Of a DNA stretch of 64,000 nucleotides, positions 1 to 9,946 are shown piece after piece. The position numbers and the translations under genes are program-made. How positions within the stretch are numbered: position 1 is the first letter of the stretch; every line of letters begins with the position of its first letter. The notes beneath the pieces were generated by a model. That model searched no databases. It worked only from the letters and a program-made list of their open reading frames with translations, and had not been told where the DNA came from. The DNA lies in sequence record PP355766.1; one strand, 5' to 3'.

Positions 1-372
1 CTTGAGTTAGAACCAGATTTTACTATCAAACCAATTTTGATAGCAAACAAGTTGAATGTAGTTTATGCCATCGCAGTTGATGATGAACTAGTTTACATTG
101 GTAAGACTAAAAATCTTCGTAAACGTATAAATTATTATAGAACTGCTATTAATCGGAAAGACCAAACCTCTGATTCGGCTAAATCTGCCAAGATTTTTGA
201 AGCACTAATGGCTGGCAAAAAAGTAGAGTTCTATGCTCGTCAGTGTTTTAATCTTTTGATTAATAATGAACTTGGCGAGATGTCAATATCCACTATGGAC
301 TTGGAAGAACCGATGTTTATTAAAAAGTTCAATCCTCCATGGAACACACAACATAAGGTAAAGAAATGTTAG
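1..372 (+). CDS. denA: Endonuclease II (GIY-YIG), 5' part outside window
   Basis: VYAIAVDDELVYIGKTKNLRKRINYYRTAINRKD matches T4 EndoII; frame open from base 1. Confidence 0.93.
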   Translation, partial: LELEPDFTIKPILIANKLNVVYAIAVDDELVYIGKTKNLRKRINYYRTAINRKDQTSDSAKSAKIFEALMAGKKVEFYARQCFNLLINNELGEMSISTMDLEEPMFIKKFNPPWNTQHKVKKC

Positions 373-480
373 AGCTATATAAAAATTTAATGAATCTGTG
401 TGAAAGCTCAGAAGTTGCAAAATTCTTTTATAAAGATTTTACCGGTCCTATGGATGGTAAGTTCAGAGTGTTTTCATATT
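366..480 (+). CDS. rnlA: RNA ligase 1, N-terminal fragment cut at contig junction
   Basis: MLELYKNLMNLC...KFFY...RVFSY resembles T4 gp63 N-terminus; follows denA as in T4. Confidence 0.8.
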
Positions 481-1746
481 TTCACGTACAACTGATTCGT
501 TATGGGTTCTTGCAAGTTCTACCGAGGATCTGCCCTGACGAATGCTGGATTCAATAGCTTTGATGCGTTCAGCTAATCCGCTTGCATCTACGATTTCATC
601 CTGCGTTCCATTGACCTCATCAAATTCCTTGAGGTTTTTGCGAGCCTGTTCCAGAGCGTTAAACTTAGAGATATAATCCTTAAACGCCCTATCTTCCTTC
701 CTAAGTTCTTCAACTTCTGCTTCCAGCTTTTGACGTTCTTTATATAGCGGATCATACTCCTCCTTAGTTCGTCTCATGGCCTCTTGGGCGGCGGAGGTGT
801 CTAAGTGAGTTCCGCACGCAGAACACTGAGTTTTACCCGCCGCATTTTTGAAATCGTAGTAACGTTTCTTCAAATCATCCGCTCTAGTTGCCACGACCGT
901 TAGGTTACGCGTAACACTCAGGAGTTCCTCAGATTTCGAGGTGGGCGCAGGTAAATTTTCGAATGGTGCAAAAGTTTTTTCGGCAGCTTGTACGGCCATG
1001 TCCAAAGAGCTACGTTTTGCAATACTGGCTTTTTGCTTCTGAGCCAGCGCTACCTTGACTTTTGCTTCGGTTAATTCTTCGACTAGTGGCTCTTCATCGA
1101 AAACAGGGATTGGGATCTCTGATTGAGGTGCGCCAAGCGAGGCTTTTGAGGAAAGTATAGATTGGGCAGTTCGCAGGCTACCTTCCAACCCGGACAGTTT
1201 TGCCGAGACGGCTTTACGTCCCGCTTTAACACGTTCAGAAACTTCCTTATATTGTTCCTGATCAAACAGGTTAACGAGGAAGGCCTTGCGCTGAGCATCC
1301 GTAGTCTTGAGGAAGTCGAGACTGGATCCAACTGACTGATATACGAGCTTAGTAAATGTCGTAAAATCACAGGCGAGTACCTCTTCTATCAGCTTATACG
1401 TTTGGGTTGCAGTATGACCACTGATATCTTCACCGTTTTTAGTGAGGGTCACTTTGGCGGTTGACTTTACAACTTTCTTAACGTTGTATACATCGCCGTC
1501 TTTCGTGAACTGACCTTCTAGCGTATAGGACTTAGAGCCAGTATGCCAGTTAAATAGGTCGTCCTTCTTGATACCGCGTGAGTTCTTATTATAAAGAAGC
1601 TCCTCTAGAGCTGTACCAATTGTTGATTTACCCAGCCCGTTACGCCCGATTAACTGAGTTACGCGGTGATTATCAAACTCGATCACCACGTTCTCAGCAT
1701 ACGACATAAAATGGCTGATTGTCAATTTATTAATTACTATCGACAT
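480..1746 (-). CDS. D13: T5-like SbcC/Rad50-type recombination exonuclease subunit, N-terminal part
   Basis: Walker A GRNGLGKS, coiled coil, CxxC zinc hook (CSACG); C-terminal part at 35885-36305. Confidence 0.88.
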
Positions 1747-2722
1747 ACTCAGCGGCTCTCTTTAATATGCGAGTTCTAGACGCTTCGTCTAGTTTCTGCA
1801 CGTTTGTGAAGTAAGTATCCAGCTCCTGTAGCAGTGACATATCGTCTAGATCTAACTTAGCATCTTTGGTGACACGGTTATTGATCTTCTTATCTAACAG
1901 TTCGCTGTTCTTTAACGTTTTGAGTTGTGATACGTCGCCGGTGACTTCGTATATAACTCTGTCATACGCATCGGCTTCCATTGGCTCGCCGACTTCAATA
2001 GTTTTTCGTATGAGCTGTGGAAGATCTCCCAGTTCAACCCACGAAAGGTAGTGCTCATGGTCTCTTGGCAAGACCGTATCGATGATAAAAGCTCCGTTAG
2101 TTCCTTTCGTCCTTTCTCTGTGAAACGAAGTTGTAAGCGGAGATCCGGGATAGAGCAGGTCAACGTCCCCGATCTTTTGGCTGTTCTTGTAGCTGTGGAG
2201 ATCGCCTGCAAATACTTTGGAGTACCCATGTTCGACGAATCTTTCAAGGTCGATTTCTGGTACGACATGAGGCGGGATTGCACCTCTGACATGCGTGAAG
2301 CAAATGTCTGAAACTCTGGGCTTCCAACTAGCTTTGTGAAGGCTGCTGTAAGGGATGATATCGAACTCTGGAGATCGGTAGTCTTTAACGACTTTCCAAA
2401 GTCCATCTGTTGCGTCGCTAATTGCTGCTGCATAGTGATCCAGGCAAGAAATCGTTTTAGATTTCATTTCGTGGTTCCCGGTGTAAATAATACCAGGATG
2501 GTGGAGAGTAGCTAGGAATGCGAACAGTAGTTCAACCTCTTCGGAAGACGGGTCTGAAACATCCATGATGTCGCCACCAATAATATGGAGGTCGCACCCG
2601 GTAGCTCCAAACACTTCGTCCAGCTTTTCACCGAGAAGAATAAACCGATTTTTCTGCCATTCCTGAGGAACGTTCTTCGCTCCTAGCTTGATGTGATGAT
2701 CTGCTGAGAAAAGTATTTTCAT
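1730..2722 (-). CDS. D12: T5-like SbcD/Mre11-type nuclease
   Basis: Metallophosphoesterase motifs DHH, GGD, GNHE, GDLH; position between D11 and D13. Confidence 0.88.
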   Translation of the reverse strand: MKILFSADHHIKLGAKNVPQEWQKNRFILLGEKLDEVFGATGCDLHIIGGDIMDVSDPSSEEVELLFAFLATLHHPGIIYTGNHEMKSKTISCLDHYAAAISDATDGLWKVVKDYRSPEFDIIPYSSLHKASWKPRVSDICFTHVRGAIPPHVVPEIDLERFVEHGYSKVFAGDLHSYKNSQKIGDVDLLYPGSPLTTSFHRERTKGTNGAFIIDTVLPRDHEHYLSWVELGDLPQLIRKTIEVGEPMEADAYDRVIYEVTGDVSQLKTLKNSELLDKKINNRVTKDAKLDLDDMSLLQELDTYFTNVQKLDEASRTRILKRAAEYVDSN

Positions 2723-2730
2723 AGTCAAAA

Positions 2731-2752
2731 TAAAAGGGAGCCGAAGCTCCCC
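2731..2752 (-). terminator. Rho-independent terminator after D11
   Basis: GGGAGC-TTCG-GCTCCC followed by TTTT on minus strand. Confidence 0.85.
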
Positions 2753-2761
2753 TTGTTTGGA

Positions 2762-3535
2762 TTAATCGAGGTCAGAAGCTGCTTCGTGATCGATGTTACC
2801 GGAGTTCGCGGAACCTTCATTACCTTTAGATTCATCGCCCTCCTCATCTTTCTTGCCTTCCAGCCATGCCTGGATTGCTTTCTTCTGCTCATCATAGGAC
2901 GGAACCGGGTAGGTAACATCCAGTTTAGGCACTTTTTCGAAGCCTTCGAATTCGTCTGCTTCGTTGTACAGAGCCTCACCAATCAGAGCAACGTCGGCTT
3001 CATGCAGGGCGGCCTCTTTAGAACCCGGCTGATTTTTAGCCATCTGGAACTGCATTGCAGCGATCTGCTGTACATCGTACTTAGTATCGAAACCAGTACC
3101 AGATTTGGAGATAGTGATATCGATCTCACCCGGATCTTCCAGATTCAGCTGGGCCATGATGGAGTGAATACCAGTCAGGATGGTTGCCTTAACTTCCATC
3201 AGCTTCAGTTTGTTATCAGTACGATCGATAACAACGGCCAGGTAGTTTTTCTTAGGACGCAGCGGCTGAGCCTTGCCATCTTTCTTCTCCGGATCTTTGA
3301 AGCCCATGTCGTGAACCGGATCGGATGCTCCACGGATGAAACGCTCTTTCTCACGGTCGAAACGCAGGCACTCGAACGGAGCCGGTTTACCTTCTTTGTT
3401 CTGAATCCAGTACACATAACGCGGGAGAACGCCGGAAACGATACGTACAACGTTCTTACCGTTGTTGAACTTCATGTAGTCCAGTTTGTCGCCGTTAGAA
3501 CCGCCAGTAGTAGAACCCCAAGATTTAGTAGCCAT
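2762..3535 (-). CDS. D11: T5-like single-stranded DNA-binding protein
   Basis: MATKSWG...VRIVSGVLPRYVYW, acidic C-terminus; T5 gene order. Confidence 0.85.
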   Translation of the reverse strand: MATKSWGSTTGGSNGDKLDYMKFNNGKNVVRIVSGVLPRYVYWIQNKEGKPAPFECLRFDREKERFIRGASDPVHDMGFKDPEKKDGKAQPLRPKKNYLAVVIDRTDNKLKLMEVKATILTGIHSIMAQLNLEDPGEIDITISKSGTGFDTKYDVQQIAAMQFQMAKNQPGSKEAALHEADVALIGEALYNEADEFEGFEKVPKLDVTYPVPSYDEQKKAIQAWLEGKKDEEGDESKGNEGSANSGNIDHEAASDLD

Positions 3536-3537
3536 AT

Positions 3538-3891
3538 TTATTTTTCCTCGATAAATGTCAATTTTGACTTGTTGATTGCGATTAGTGGGTGGTGCTCGAT
3601 AACTGCTCTAGGAACCCACGGCGGGATATATTGCATATCCAGTGAAGAATCCTTCGAGAAGCTATATTCGGCATAGTTTCTAAAACTCAAAAGTCCTAGA
3701 TACTCAGCCAACTGTCGGTCTGACAGCTTTCGTTTGTTATAAACGATTGTATCTTCGTTCAAGATAAATGATCTACCCGTTAACATAACATGAGCTTCGG
3801 GATCTTCAACCATTCGTCTGATAATCTGTACAATCAGCGATGAGTTACCTCGCGCTAATATGTAAATTTTTTCGTAATCATAAAACAACAT
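3538..3891 (-). CDS. T5-like conserved hypothetical protein between D10 and D11
   Basis: MLFYDYEKIYILARG; T5 synteny. Confidence 0.75.
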   Translation of the reverse strand: MLFYDYEKIYILARGNSSLIVQIIRRMVEDPEAHVMLTGRSFILNEDTIVYNKRKLSDRQLAEYLGLLSFRNYAEYSFSKDSSLDMQYIPPWVPRAVIEHHPLIAINKSKLTFIEEK

Positions 3892-3895
3892 GATT

Positions 3896-3925
3896 ATTAT
3901 ACACCATTTTGAGAGAATTTAGCAA
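3896..3925 (-). promoter_or_regulatory. Sigma70-type T5 promoter
   Basis: TTGCTA-18 nt-TATAAT with TG just upstream of -10, minus strand. Confidence 0.7.
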
Positions 3926-4017
3926 CTAAGTTTTTTATTTTTCTGCTTCGGACTTTCCGAAGATTCAGTTGCTGTTCCCATTAATTTATACAGATATTAT
4001 ATCGTATTTTTGAGGAC

Positions 4018-5421
4018 TCAGCAACTGAAATTTTTAACTATTTGCTTAACTCTTCTTTGTAAATCTGCTTTGGGGTTCTTAGCAAATAGAATTTTATCTA
4101 AGTTTACCATATTCTTCTCGTTAAAGTCAAGAACTTCCCACCCATTGAGACGATATACCGCTTCTCTACCAGCTGCCTGCTTGAATCCTACACCCCCTAG
4201 CTTCAGATCCACGAGGATTGGGTCCAACTTATCATCTGCCATACGTTGGACACGACCTGCCAACTGTTCGATTAGAGATTCGTTATTTATTAAAGAGCCT
4301 AACACTAAACACGATAAAGCATTTAATGACACACCCTCCGAGAAAATGCTTTGGGAAGCCGCTAATACACACGGACCGTCATTGGTCACGTCAATCTGTA
4401 CCTGCTCCCTATCATCGAGCGAAGTTACACCGGTAATCGTGTAGGTCTTCACACCCCTGAGTTCCAAAGCATTCGTAACTCTCTCAATCAGATCTATACG
4501 ATCGGACACAAATAGGACTTTATGACCTGCCATCGAATATAATTCGCACAAATCAACAACCTGTTGAAAATACTCTGGCTGCGAATACACATCGTTAGCT
4601 CTTATCGCCCACGGCACATTCATATTTCCAGAAACCTGCGTTTTTAGCGCAAACCTATGGATAGTAGGTGGCAGAGTGTTATTTACCGGAGGACTATACA
4701 CTTTCGTTCCAAAATAGTCCTTAAACATAACCTGTAGCCCATCCTTACGTTTTAACGTACCGGATAACCCGATTTTATACCGTGCCGAGGACTGCTCTAG
4801 AAACTTGGTGAACGTGGTGGCAACACAGTGATGCACTTCGTCAACAATAACGGTGCCAAATTCTTTTGCCAAAGCGGCTCCATGTTTGTTAACTGTCTGT
4901 ATATTACTAATAACGATAGGAGAATCGATATTAAATTTGCCAGATCCAATAACTCCTGGCTCAATCCCGAAGAACTTGCGTACCTCCTTCTCCCACATAG
5001 CTCGAATGGTAGTGTTGGTACATATAACTAACGTTTTTTGCCCAAGTTTATGGGCGATAGCAAGAGCAAGGATTGTTTTACCGAACCCAGGCTTACCATT
5101 AATAATACACGTATCGTTACAGTCTTCATATATAGGGAGCTGATCCCCGGGTCTCAGGGTGAACGATGGCTTTGGAATATCCACAGGAACCAGAGTACGT
5201 TTATCCACGATCTCTGTCACTTTTTGCCCGAAAGATTCTAGGAGATCTAATCTGGTTACGGGGAACCACTTGATTTCTTTACCTACCGATCCTGAGTTCT
5301 GGAACATTAGAGGATACTTCGCCCCAGGTTTAAAGATCTGGTATGAAGTGTGTTTTAATAAGTATTCCCACAATTCGTTGCTGGGTTTACAATAGATTTT
5401 ATTAGATATAACTATCTTCAT
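4018..5421 (-). CDS. D10: T5-like SF2 helicase
   Basis: GKPGFGKT, DEVHH, SGT, QLAGRVQR helicase motifs. Confidence 0.9.
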   Translation of the reverse strand: MKIVISNKIYCKPSNELWEYLLKHTSYQIFKPGAKYPLMFQNSGSVGKEIKWFPVTRLDLLESFGQKVTEIVDKRTLVPVDIPKPSFTLRPGDQLPIYEDCNDTCIINGKPGFGKTILALAIAHKLGQKTLVICTNTTIRAMWEKEVRKFFGIEPGVIGSGKFNIDSPIVISNIQTVNKHGAALAKEFGTVIVDEVHHCVATTFTKFLEQSSARYKIGLSGTLKRKDGLQVMFKDYFGTKVYSPPVNNTLPPTIHRFALKTQVSGNMNVPWAIRANDVYSQPEYFQQVVDLCELYSMAGHKVLFVSDRIDLIERVTNALELRGVKTYTITGVTSLDDREQVQIDVTNDGPCVLAASQSIFSEGVSLNALSCLVLGSLINNESLIEQLAGRVQRMADDKLDPILVDLKLGGVGFKQAAGREAVYRLNGWEVLDFNEKNMVNLDKILFAKNPKADLQRRVKQIVKNFSC

Positions 5422-5915
5422 ATCTTAACTCTAAGTCTAGGAGTTTCTGGCTCCTCTTCGTGCGTGTCAAAAATAACTGGTGAACCGCGAACCAACGCGT
5501 AGGAAATATAGTTGGCAGGTTCACTAAGTAAGAAAGGATATGGAACGTTCTTGACATAACACTGGTACTTTCCGTTGAAGATTCTAGTTGATCCTCTAAC
5601 GCGTTCCGTGATAATGTTATAGTAAGTTGTAGGTTTCCATGTTACTATCTTACCTGTGGAGTCGATGAAATGCTTTAGTCCAGAATTTATTATTTGAGAT
5701 AAGTACTTGAACTGTTTCTTTAATGGATAGAGCTTGTAAGGTAAATTTTCCCGCTCACCATAAAGAAAAAGCCTTCGCTGAGAGAATGTCCCAGGAAGGC
5801 TTGGGTTGTCCAGCACATACCTTGTAAATCTCGTCTGGATAACAATGTACTCCCCCTCTTGGAAGAGTACATCATAAGCCCTTAAAGCATATACTGGTAA
5901 GCTAAAGTTAAGCAC
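5418..5915 (-). CDS. T5-like hypothetical protein downstream of polymerase (GTG start, 165 aa)
   Basis: (M)LNFSLPVYALRAY; T5 synteny; the longer 5418-6200 ORF is an in-frame extension inside pol. Confidence 0.7.
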   Translation of the reverse strand: MLNFSLPVYALRAYDVLFQEGEYIVIQTRFTRYVLDNPSLPGTFSQRRLFLYGERENLPYKLYPLKKQFKYLSQIINSGLKHFIDSTGKIVTWKPTTYYNIITERVRGSTRIFNGKYQCYVKNVPYPFLLSEPANYISYALVRGSPVIFDTHEEEPETPRLRVKI

Positions 5916-7230
5916 CAAGAACCCTGCGAACGTTGACAATATCTTTGCTGATTTCCGGCAAGAACTTAATATTGGCGTACTTATCGTGATCAGGGTGGTT
6001 TTCATCGTTAGCCGCAATAGCAGCGTAATCGAAGTCTTCCATACCGATAATACTACGTACTTTCTCCTCAAACTCCTTGTCCTCAATGCAAGCAACAGAA
6101 GGACGCTGTTTCTTGATTTTACCACAGGAGTAATCACGAGAACCGCCAGCTTCTGAGTCAGAGTCGATACCAATCGGACAGCCTGGGATACTGATACCAC
6201 GGTCCACCTGAATGTTACGGATTAGCATCTCGTTGTACTGATCAACTAAATCCTCACGAACAATGGCAACCACGGAGTCGTGAACCAGCATGATAATCTT
6301 CATTTCGTCCTGCAGACCCAGAGAACGAATCTCATTATCGGTATCGATAGCTCCTAGCAGGAGACTATCAGAAGATGCAGACTGAATGATGGCGTTGAAG
6401 CCAGAACGCAGTTCTTCACCCTGTACACCACGGTCTTCGGAGTTAATGTTGTGCAGACGACGCTTACGGCCAAAGTGGCTGTAAATGAAGCCGTTAGTCT
6501 GGATCTGGGCATGAGATTTATCAATCCACTTCTTAAGCTGAGGGAATCGGCCAAAGTAGGTTTCGATGTACTCTTTCGCATCACCAGTGGTACATTCAGT
6601 GTACGGTTTACCAGTCTTCATGTGCTCTTCTAGGAGAGCTTCGTTTACTGACGCTGCTACTTTAGCTGGGCCAGAGCCATAAAGAATACCGAACGAAATC
6701 GCTTTTGCAGCCTGACGCAGTGCAGGATACAGCTTTTTAACCTCAGTCGGTTTACACGGCAGGGCAAATACCATGTGTGCGATTGAACCGTGGAAGTCCG
6801 AGTAGTTTTCTGGGTCGTTCTGCATGTTAATAAACACTTGCTGCATGTTAATGTCACCAGACAGTACAGCGGCATAGTAGATCTCAGCAGTTGTTAAGTC
6901 CCATGCGATAATGCGATAACCGATAGGGGCAACAATACAACCTTTAATAACAGACTCATCACGAGGTAACTGTTGAAGGTTCAGCTTACCAGACGAGCTC
7001 AGACGACCGGATGTAGTCATGTGGATATGGAATCCAGTACGGATGCAACCGTCAGCATCAATACTGATTAGCATCTTCTCGATATACGTCGAGAGCAGCT
7101 TGGAGATCTTACGAATCTCTAGCAGAGTCTTAGCTATCGGATGCTGGTCCGAAAGCTCTTTCAGAGCATCTGCGCCAGTGGAATCTGCGCCAGTATCTGT
7201 CATGATACCAGTCGGGGTTAACCCAACATA
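5908..7230 (-). CDS. pol: T5-like family A DNA polymerase, C-terminal fragment
   Basis: TSGRLSS, DLTTAE, RQAAKAISFGILYG, VHDS motifs; N-terminal part at 51906-53045. Confidence 0.92.
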   Translation of the reverse strand, partial: YVGLTPTGIMTDTGADSTGADALKELSDQHPIAKTLLEIRKISKLLSTYIEKMLISIDADGCIRTGFHIHMTTSGRLSSSGKLNLQQLPRDESVIKGCIVAPIGYRIIAWDLTTAEIYYAAVLSGDINMQQVFINMQNDPENYSDFHGSIAHMVFALPCKPTEVKKLYPALRQAAKAISFGILYGSGPAKVAASVNEALLEEHMKTGKPYTECTTGDAKEYIETYFGRFPQLKKWIDKSHAQIQTNGFIYSHFGRKRRLHNINSEDRGVQGEELRSGFNAIIQSASSDSLLLGAIDTDNEIRSLGLQDEMKIIMLVHDSVVAIVREDLVDQYNEMLIRNIQVDRGISIPGCPIGIDSDSEAGGSRDYSCGKIKKQRPSVACIEDKEFEEKVRSIIGMEDFDYAAIAANDENHPDHDKYANIKFLPEISKDIVNVRRVLGA

Positions 7231-7242
7231 TGTAAACTTACT

Positions 7243-7434
7243 TTATAGATTTTTGCGTCGGCCACACATAGCTCCTTCAGTCATGTTGTTGTCTTCAAAC
7301 CACTTATCATTTGCTTTAATTAAAGCTGGAGCTGCTTTAAGCAATAACGCAGCAGCTCTTACACCTCTGTACCAACAATCAAAATGAGACTTCTTTAATG
7401 GCGATTGATACCAGGGCTTAGTATAACATATCAT
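7243..7434 (-). CDS. T4-like small hypothetical protein
   Basis: 63 aa ORF with GAGGAG SD. Confidence 0.6.
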   Translation of the reverse strand: MICYTKPWYQSPLKKSHFDCWYRGVRAAALLLKAAPALIKANDKWFEDNNMTEGAMCGRRKNL

Positions 7435-7483
7435 TTTGTTCTCCTCAGTTAGTAGGAATAATATACTATTCCCAGTATAGCAT

Positions 7484-7507
7484 AAAAGGACTCCCGGAGG
7501 AGTCCTT
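7484..7507 (-). terminator. Terminator after soc
   Basis: AAGGACTCC-TCCG-GGAGTCCTTTT. Confidence 0.8.
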
Positions 7508-7512
7508 AATTT

Positions 7513-7740
7513 TTATACTTCTGCACTAGCTTCAAACATTTTCGCATTGGTGGTTGCCCAAGTTGCAGCATCATCAACTACTGTTGAATAAGCAGCTTTT
7601 TCAGATGGGAAAATCTGATACTGTGCGTTAGCAATGCGATGTGAATCAGAATACACCTTAAAAGCTACAGATACTTCTGTACCTTTAACTTCACCATCAG
7701 CAGTTGTATGGTCAAAAGTTTTGATGTTTACGTAAGCCAT
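7513..7740 (-). CDS. soc: Small outer capsid protein
   Basis: YVNIKTF...SDSHRIANAQYQIFPSEKAAYS matches T4/RB69 Soc. Confidence 0.93.
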   Translation of the reverse strand: MAYVNIKTFDHTTADGEVKGTEVSVAFKVYSDSHRIANAQYQIFPSEKAAYSTVVDDAATWATTNAKMFEASAEV

Positions 7741-7747
7741 TTTAATC

Positions 7748-7775
7748 TCCTATTTAGTTTACAGGAGTATTTATA
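7748..7775 (-). promoter_or_regulatory. Late promoter plus SD-sequestering hairpin of soc
   Basis: TATAAATA then CTCCT...AGGAG, as described for T4 soc. Confidence 0.8.
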
Positions 7776-7908
7776 TAGCTGCTGTAAGTGCCTTTAATAT
7801 TTCTTTATCAATTTCTCGAGTGATTTCTTCTCGAAGGGCCAATACTAAGGCCCTTTCTTTTTGTTTTCTGATAATTTTTAAACGACGCTTAGATATTCTT
7901 TTAGCCAT
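7771..7908 (-). CDS. 45 aa basic peptide with capsid-protein-like helix (not in ORF track)
   Basis: MAKRISKRRLKIIRKQKERALVLALREEITREIDKEILKALTAAI; TGATG-coupled to gp56. Confidence 0.65.
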   Translation of the reverse strand: MAKRISKRRLKIIRKQKERALVLALREEITREIDKEILKALTAAI

Positions 7909-8429
7909 CAGTAACCACTGTCTTGACGAGCAAAGTTCTCTGCGTTTTTCAGATAATACAGCTTAAAGATTTCTTCAGAATCCAGACCAAGCGCCATAAA
8001 CATATTCAGAACAAAGTGCAGGATATCAATCATTTCAAACTTGATTTCAAGCTGGTCTTTGTCAGACAGGTCTTTGATATAAGTTTCCTGCATCTTGACG
8101 TGGTCAGCTTTCCATGGTTTCCACACAGCGCTAGCTGCCTTTTCACCATTACTCATACCGCCAAGAGACGTCAGCAGTTCGCGGAATTCGTCATCAATGT
8201 AATCTTTTTGATTACGCAGCCACTGCACGATATCACCAGCTTGAGCCAATTCATCAGGATGCATGTTAGTACCAGGCTTGTCATTTGCAAGACGAACCTG
8301 AAGAGATTTTTGCATATCAAGCATTACTTGCAGAGGGTCACCACCAACTTTACGGACGATACCTGCGTATCGAGCTTCAGCTTTATCTGCACCAGCGATC
8401 AGTTGACTACATTCGTTAAAGTGTGCCAT
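7908..8429 (-). CDS. gp56: dCTP/dUTP pyrophosphatase
   Basis: MAHFNECSQLI...EIKFEMIDILHF...ENFARQDSGY. Confidence 0.93.
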   Translation of the reverse strand: MAHFNECSQLIAGADKAEARYAGIVRKVGGDPLQVMLDMQKSLQVRLANDKPGTNMHPDELAQAGDIVQWLRNQKDYIDDEFRELLTSLGGMSNGEKAASAVWKPWKADHVKMQETYIKDLSDKDQLEIKFEMIDILHFVLNMFMALGLDSEEIFKLYYLKNAENFARQDSGY

Positions 8430-8495
8430 TATTTTATTCCTTTCAATTAAATTAGATAAATATTATATCACTTAACATAAATAGCAGGAGGATTC

Positions 8496-8687
8496 ATGTC
8501 TGAAGTGAAACAAGAATGTAAAGAAAAAGGAGGATTTGGAAGATATCTTTACGTCGGAATCGCCACTGCTGCTTTAGCTGCATGGAATTATGTGGTAGTT
8601 CCATTAGCTAGCACACACGGGCTAGTTCTTCCTCCAATGCCGTTAGAAAAAGTTGTGTCATTTATTATGACCGGAGGATTACTTTAA
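8496..8687 (+). CDS. Small membrane protein, holin-like, on strand opposite its neighbours
   Basis: AGGAGG SD, CATAAATA late-promoter variant at 8476-8483, hydrophobic segment AALAAWNYVVVPL. Confidence 0.6.
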   Translation: MSEVKQECKEKGGFGRYLYVGIATAALAAWNYVVVPLASTHGLVLPPMPLEKVVSFIMTGGLL

Positions 8688-8705
8688 TTTAGGGGGCTTT
8701 GGCCC

Positions 8706-9728
8706 CTATACCTTAGCATATTTGTCAAGACGTAATTTAGCCATTAAACCTTGCGATATATTTTGATTAATATAATCCGTTATTTCAGAAGCAGTTGCCC
8801 CCTCTTTCATAATCATATCATTTATATCTTTGCTTTTCCAAGGCGACTTATCCCAGAAAACTACCTTTTCACCTGCATCTACTAAACGTTTCATACGCTT
8901 AATTGTATCAGGATGACGAGGTTCATGGTCCATAATCCATGCTCGGTTATCATGACATGGAACTTGAGCTAAATCTAAAGACCCACCAGTTATTGCAATA
9001 GCATTATCAATGAACAACGAATCTATTGGTCCTTCCATGACGAATACGAGTTTTGACTCATCAATAGTGTCGAGACCATAAATTTTGGTCGCGTGTTCAT
9101 GGGCTTTGATTGTGATGTATTTTTGTGGAGCATTCTTTCGTAGTGCTCGTCCTTGAAACGACTCAATCTCTCCTTTCTTGTTGAAGATAGGAATAACCAA
9201 ACGTGGTTCGTTCGTCTCATTCTTATAGGTTCCTGGATTAACGGAGTTAACAAGAGAAGGCCATTGGTTAGTAAACCATAACCTTTTCCAAGAAGTGCTT
9301 GGAATACATCTGGCAGTCACGTATTTAACTATCGGATGTTCCTTAGGAAGTCTATCTAATCTCTCGCAGAAATTAAGTTTTTCTATTACGGGGAGTTTTG
9401 CATTAATTTTCTCAGACGGTTCTACAGCCTTTGGCTTATCAAAGACTTGCTCCTTTCTTTTCTCAAGAAGATACTCTCGATAGAGGTCGGGCTCATTATC
9501 TTTAAGATATTGTGATAGCCACTTGTTATACTCACAGTTGAAGCAATGACAACGTAATCCTTGGCCTGCGTCAAAAATCCAGAATCGGGCTTTATTGATA
9601 TCTTTCTGTGAGTCACCACAAATTGGGCAACGGCAGTTTAATTTGAATGTTGAAGATGTAGTAACGTGTCTAAATTTAGGTAGGTGAGATATTGCACGAA
9701 TTGCATACTCGTTATCAACCCAAGACAT
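8706..9728 (-). CDS. gp61: DNA primase
   Basis: CRCPICGDS zinc finger, EGPIDSLF TOPRIM motif. Confidence 0.95.
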   Translation of the reverse strand: MSWVDNEYAIRAISHLPKFRHVTTSSTFKLNCRCPICGDSQKDINKARFWIFDAGQGLRCHCFNCEYNKWLSQYLKDNEPDLYREYLLEKRKEQVFDKPKAVEPSEKINAKLPVIEKLNFCERLDRLPKEHPIVKYVTARCIPSTSWKRLWFTNQWPSLVNSVNPGTYKNETNEPRLVIPIFNKKGEIESFQGRALRKNAPQKYITIKAHEHATKIYGLDTIDESKLVFVMEGPIDSLFIDNAIAITGGSLDLAQVPCHDNRAWIMDHEPRHPDTIKRMKRLVDAGEKVVFWDKSPWKSKDINDMIMKEGATASEITDYINQNISQGLMAKLRLDKYAKV

Positions 9729-9766
9729 AATATTTCCTCTGGCCTTAAACTAATAAGGCCATTTTA

Positions 9767-9931
9767 TCACTTTTTCTTGGCAGCGTCTTTATCCGCTTTT
9801 CGTTTCTTTGGAAGGGTTTCGGGTCCTTTATTGACGATGTCCCCGGAAGTGGTACCTGATGCAATATTCTGTGGATTGCCGCCAGCATCACCTGCGACCA
9901 TCTCAGTAACAAACTCTTTGTATGTTTTCAT
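9767..9931 (-). CDS. 61.1: gp61.1-like small protein (54 aa)
   Basis: MKTYKEFVTEMVAGDAGGNPQNIASGTTSG. Confidence 0.8.
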   Translation of the reverse strand: MKTYKEFVTEMVAGDAGGNPQNIASGTTSGDIVNKGPETLPKKRKADKDAAKKK

Positions 9932-9946
9932 AGAGCCTCCTACTAT

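Noticed and set aside
2753-3676. Long antisense ORFs (also 16090-17082, 33141-33839, 28708-29538)
   Set aside because: Shadow frames of strongly codon-biased genes (D11, gp32, gp23, gp39); no SD or recognisable motifs.
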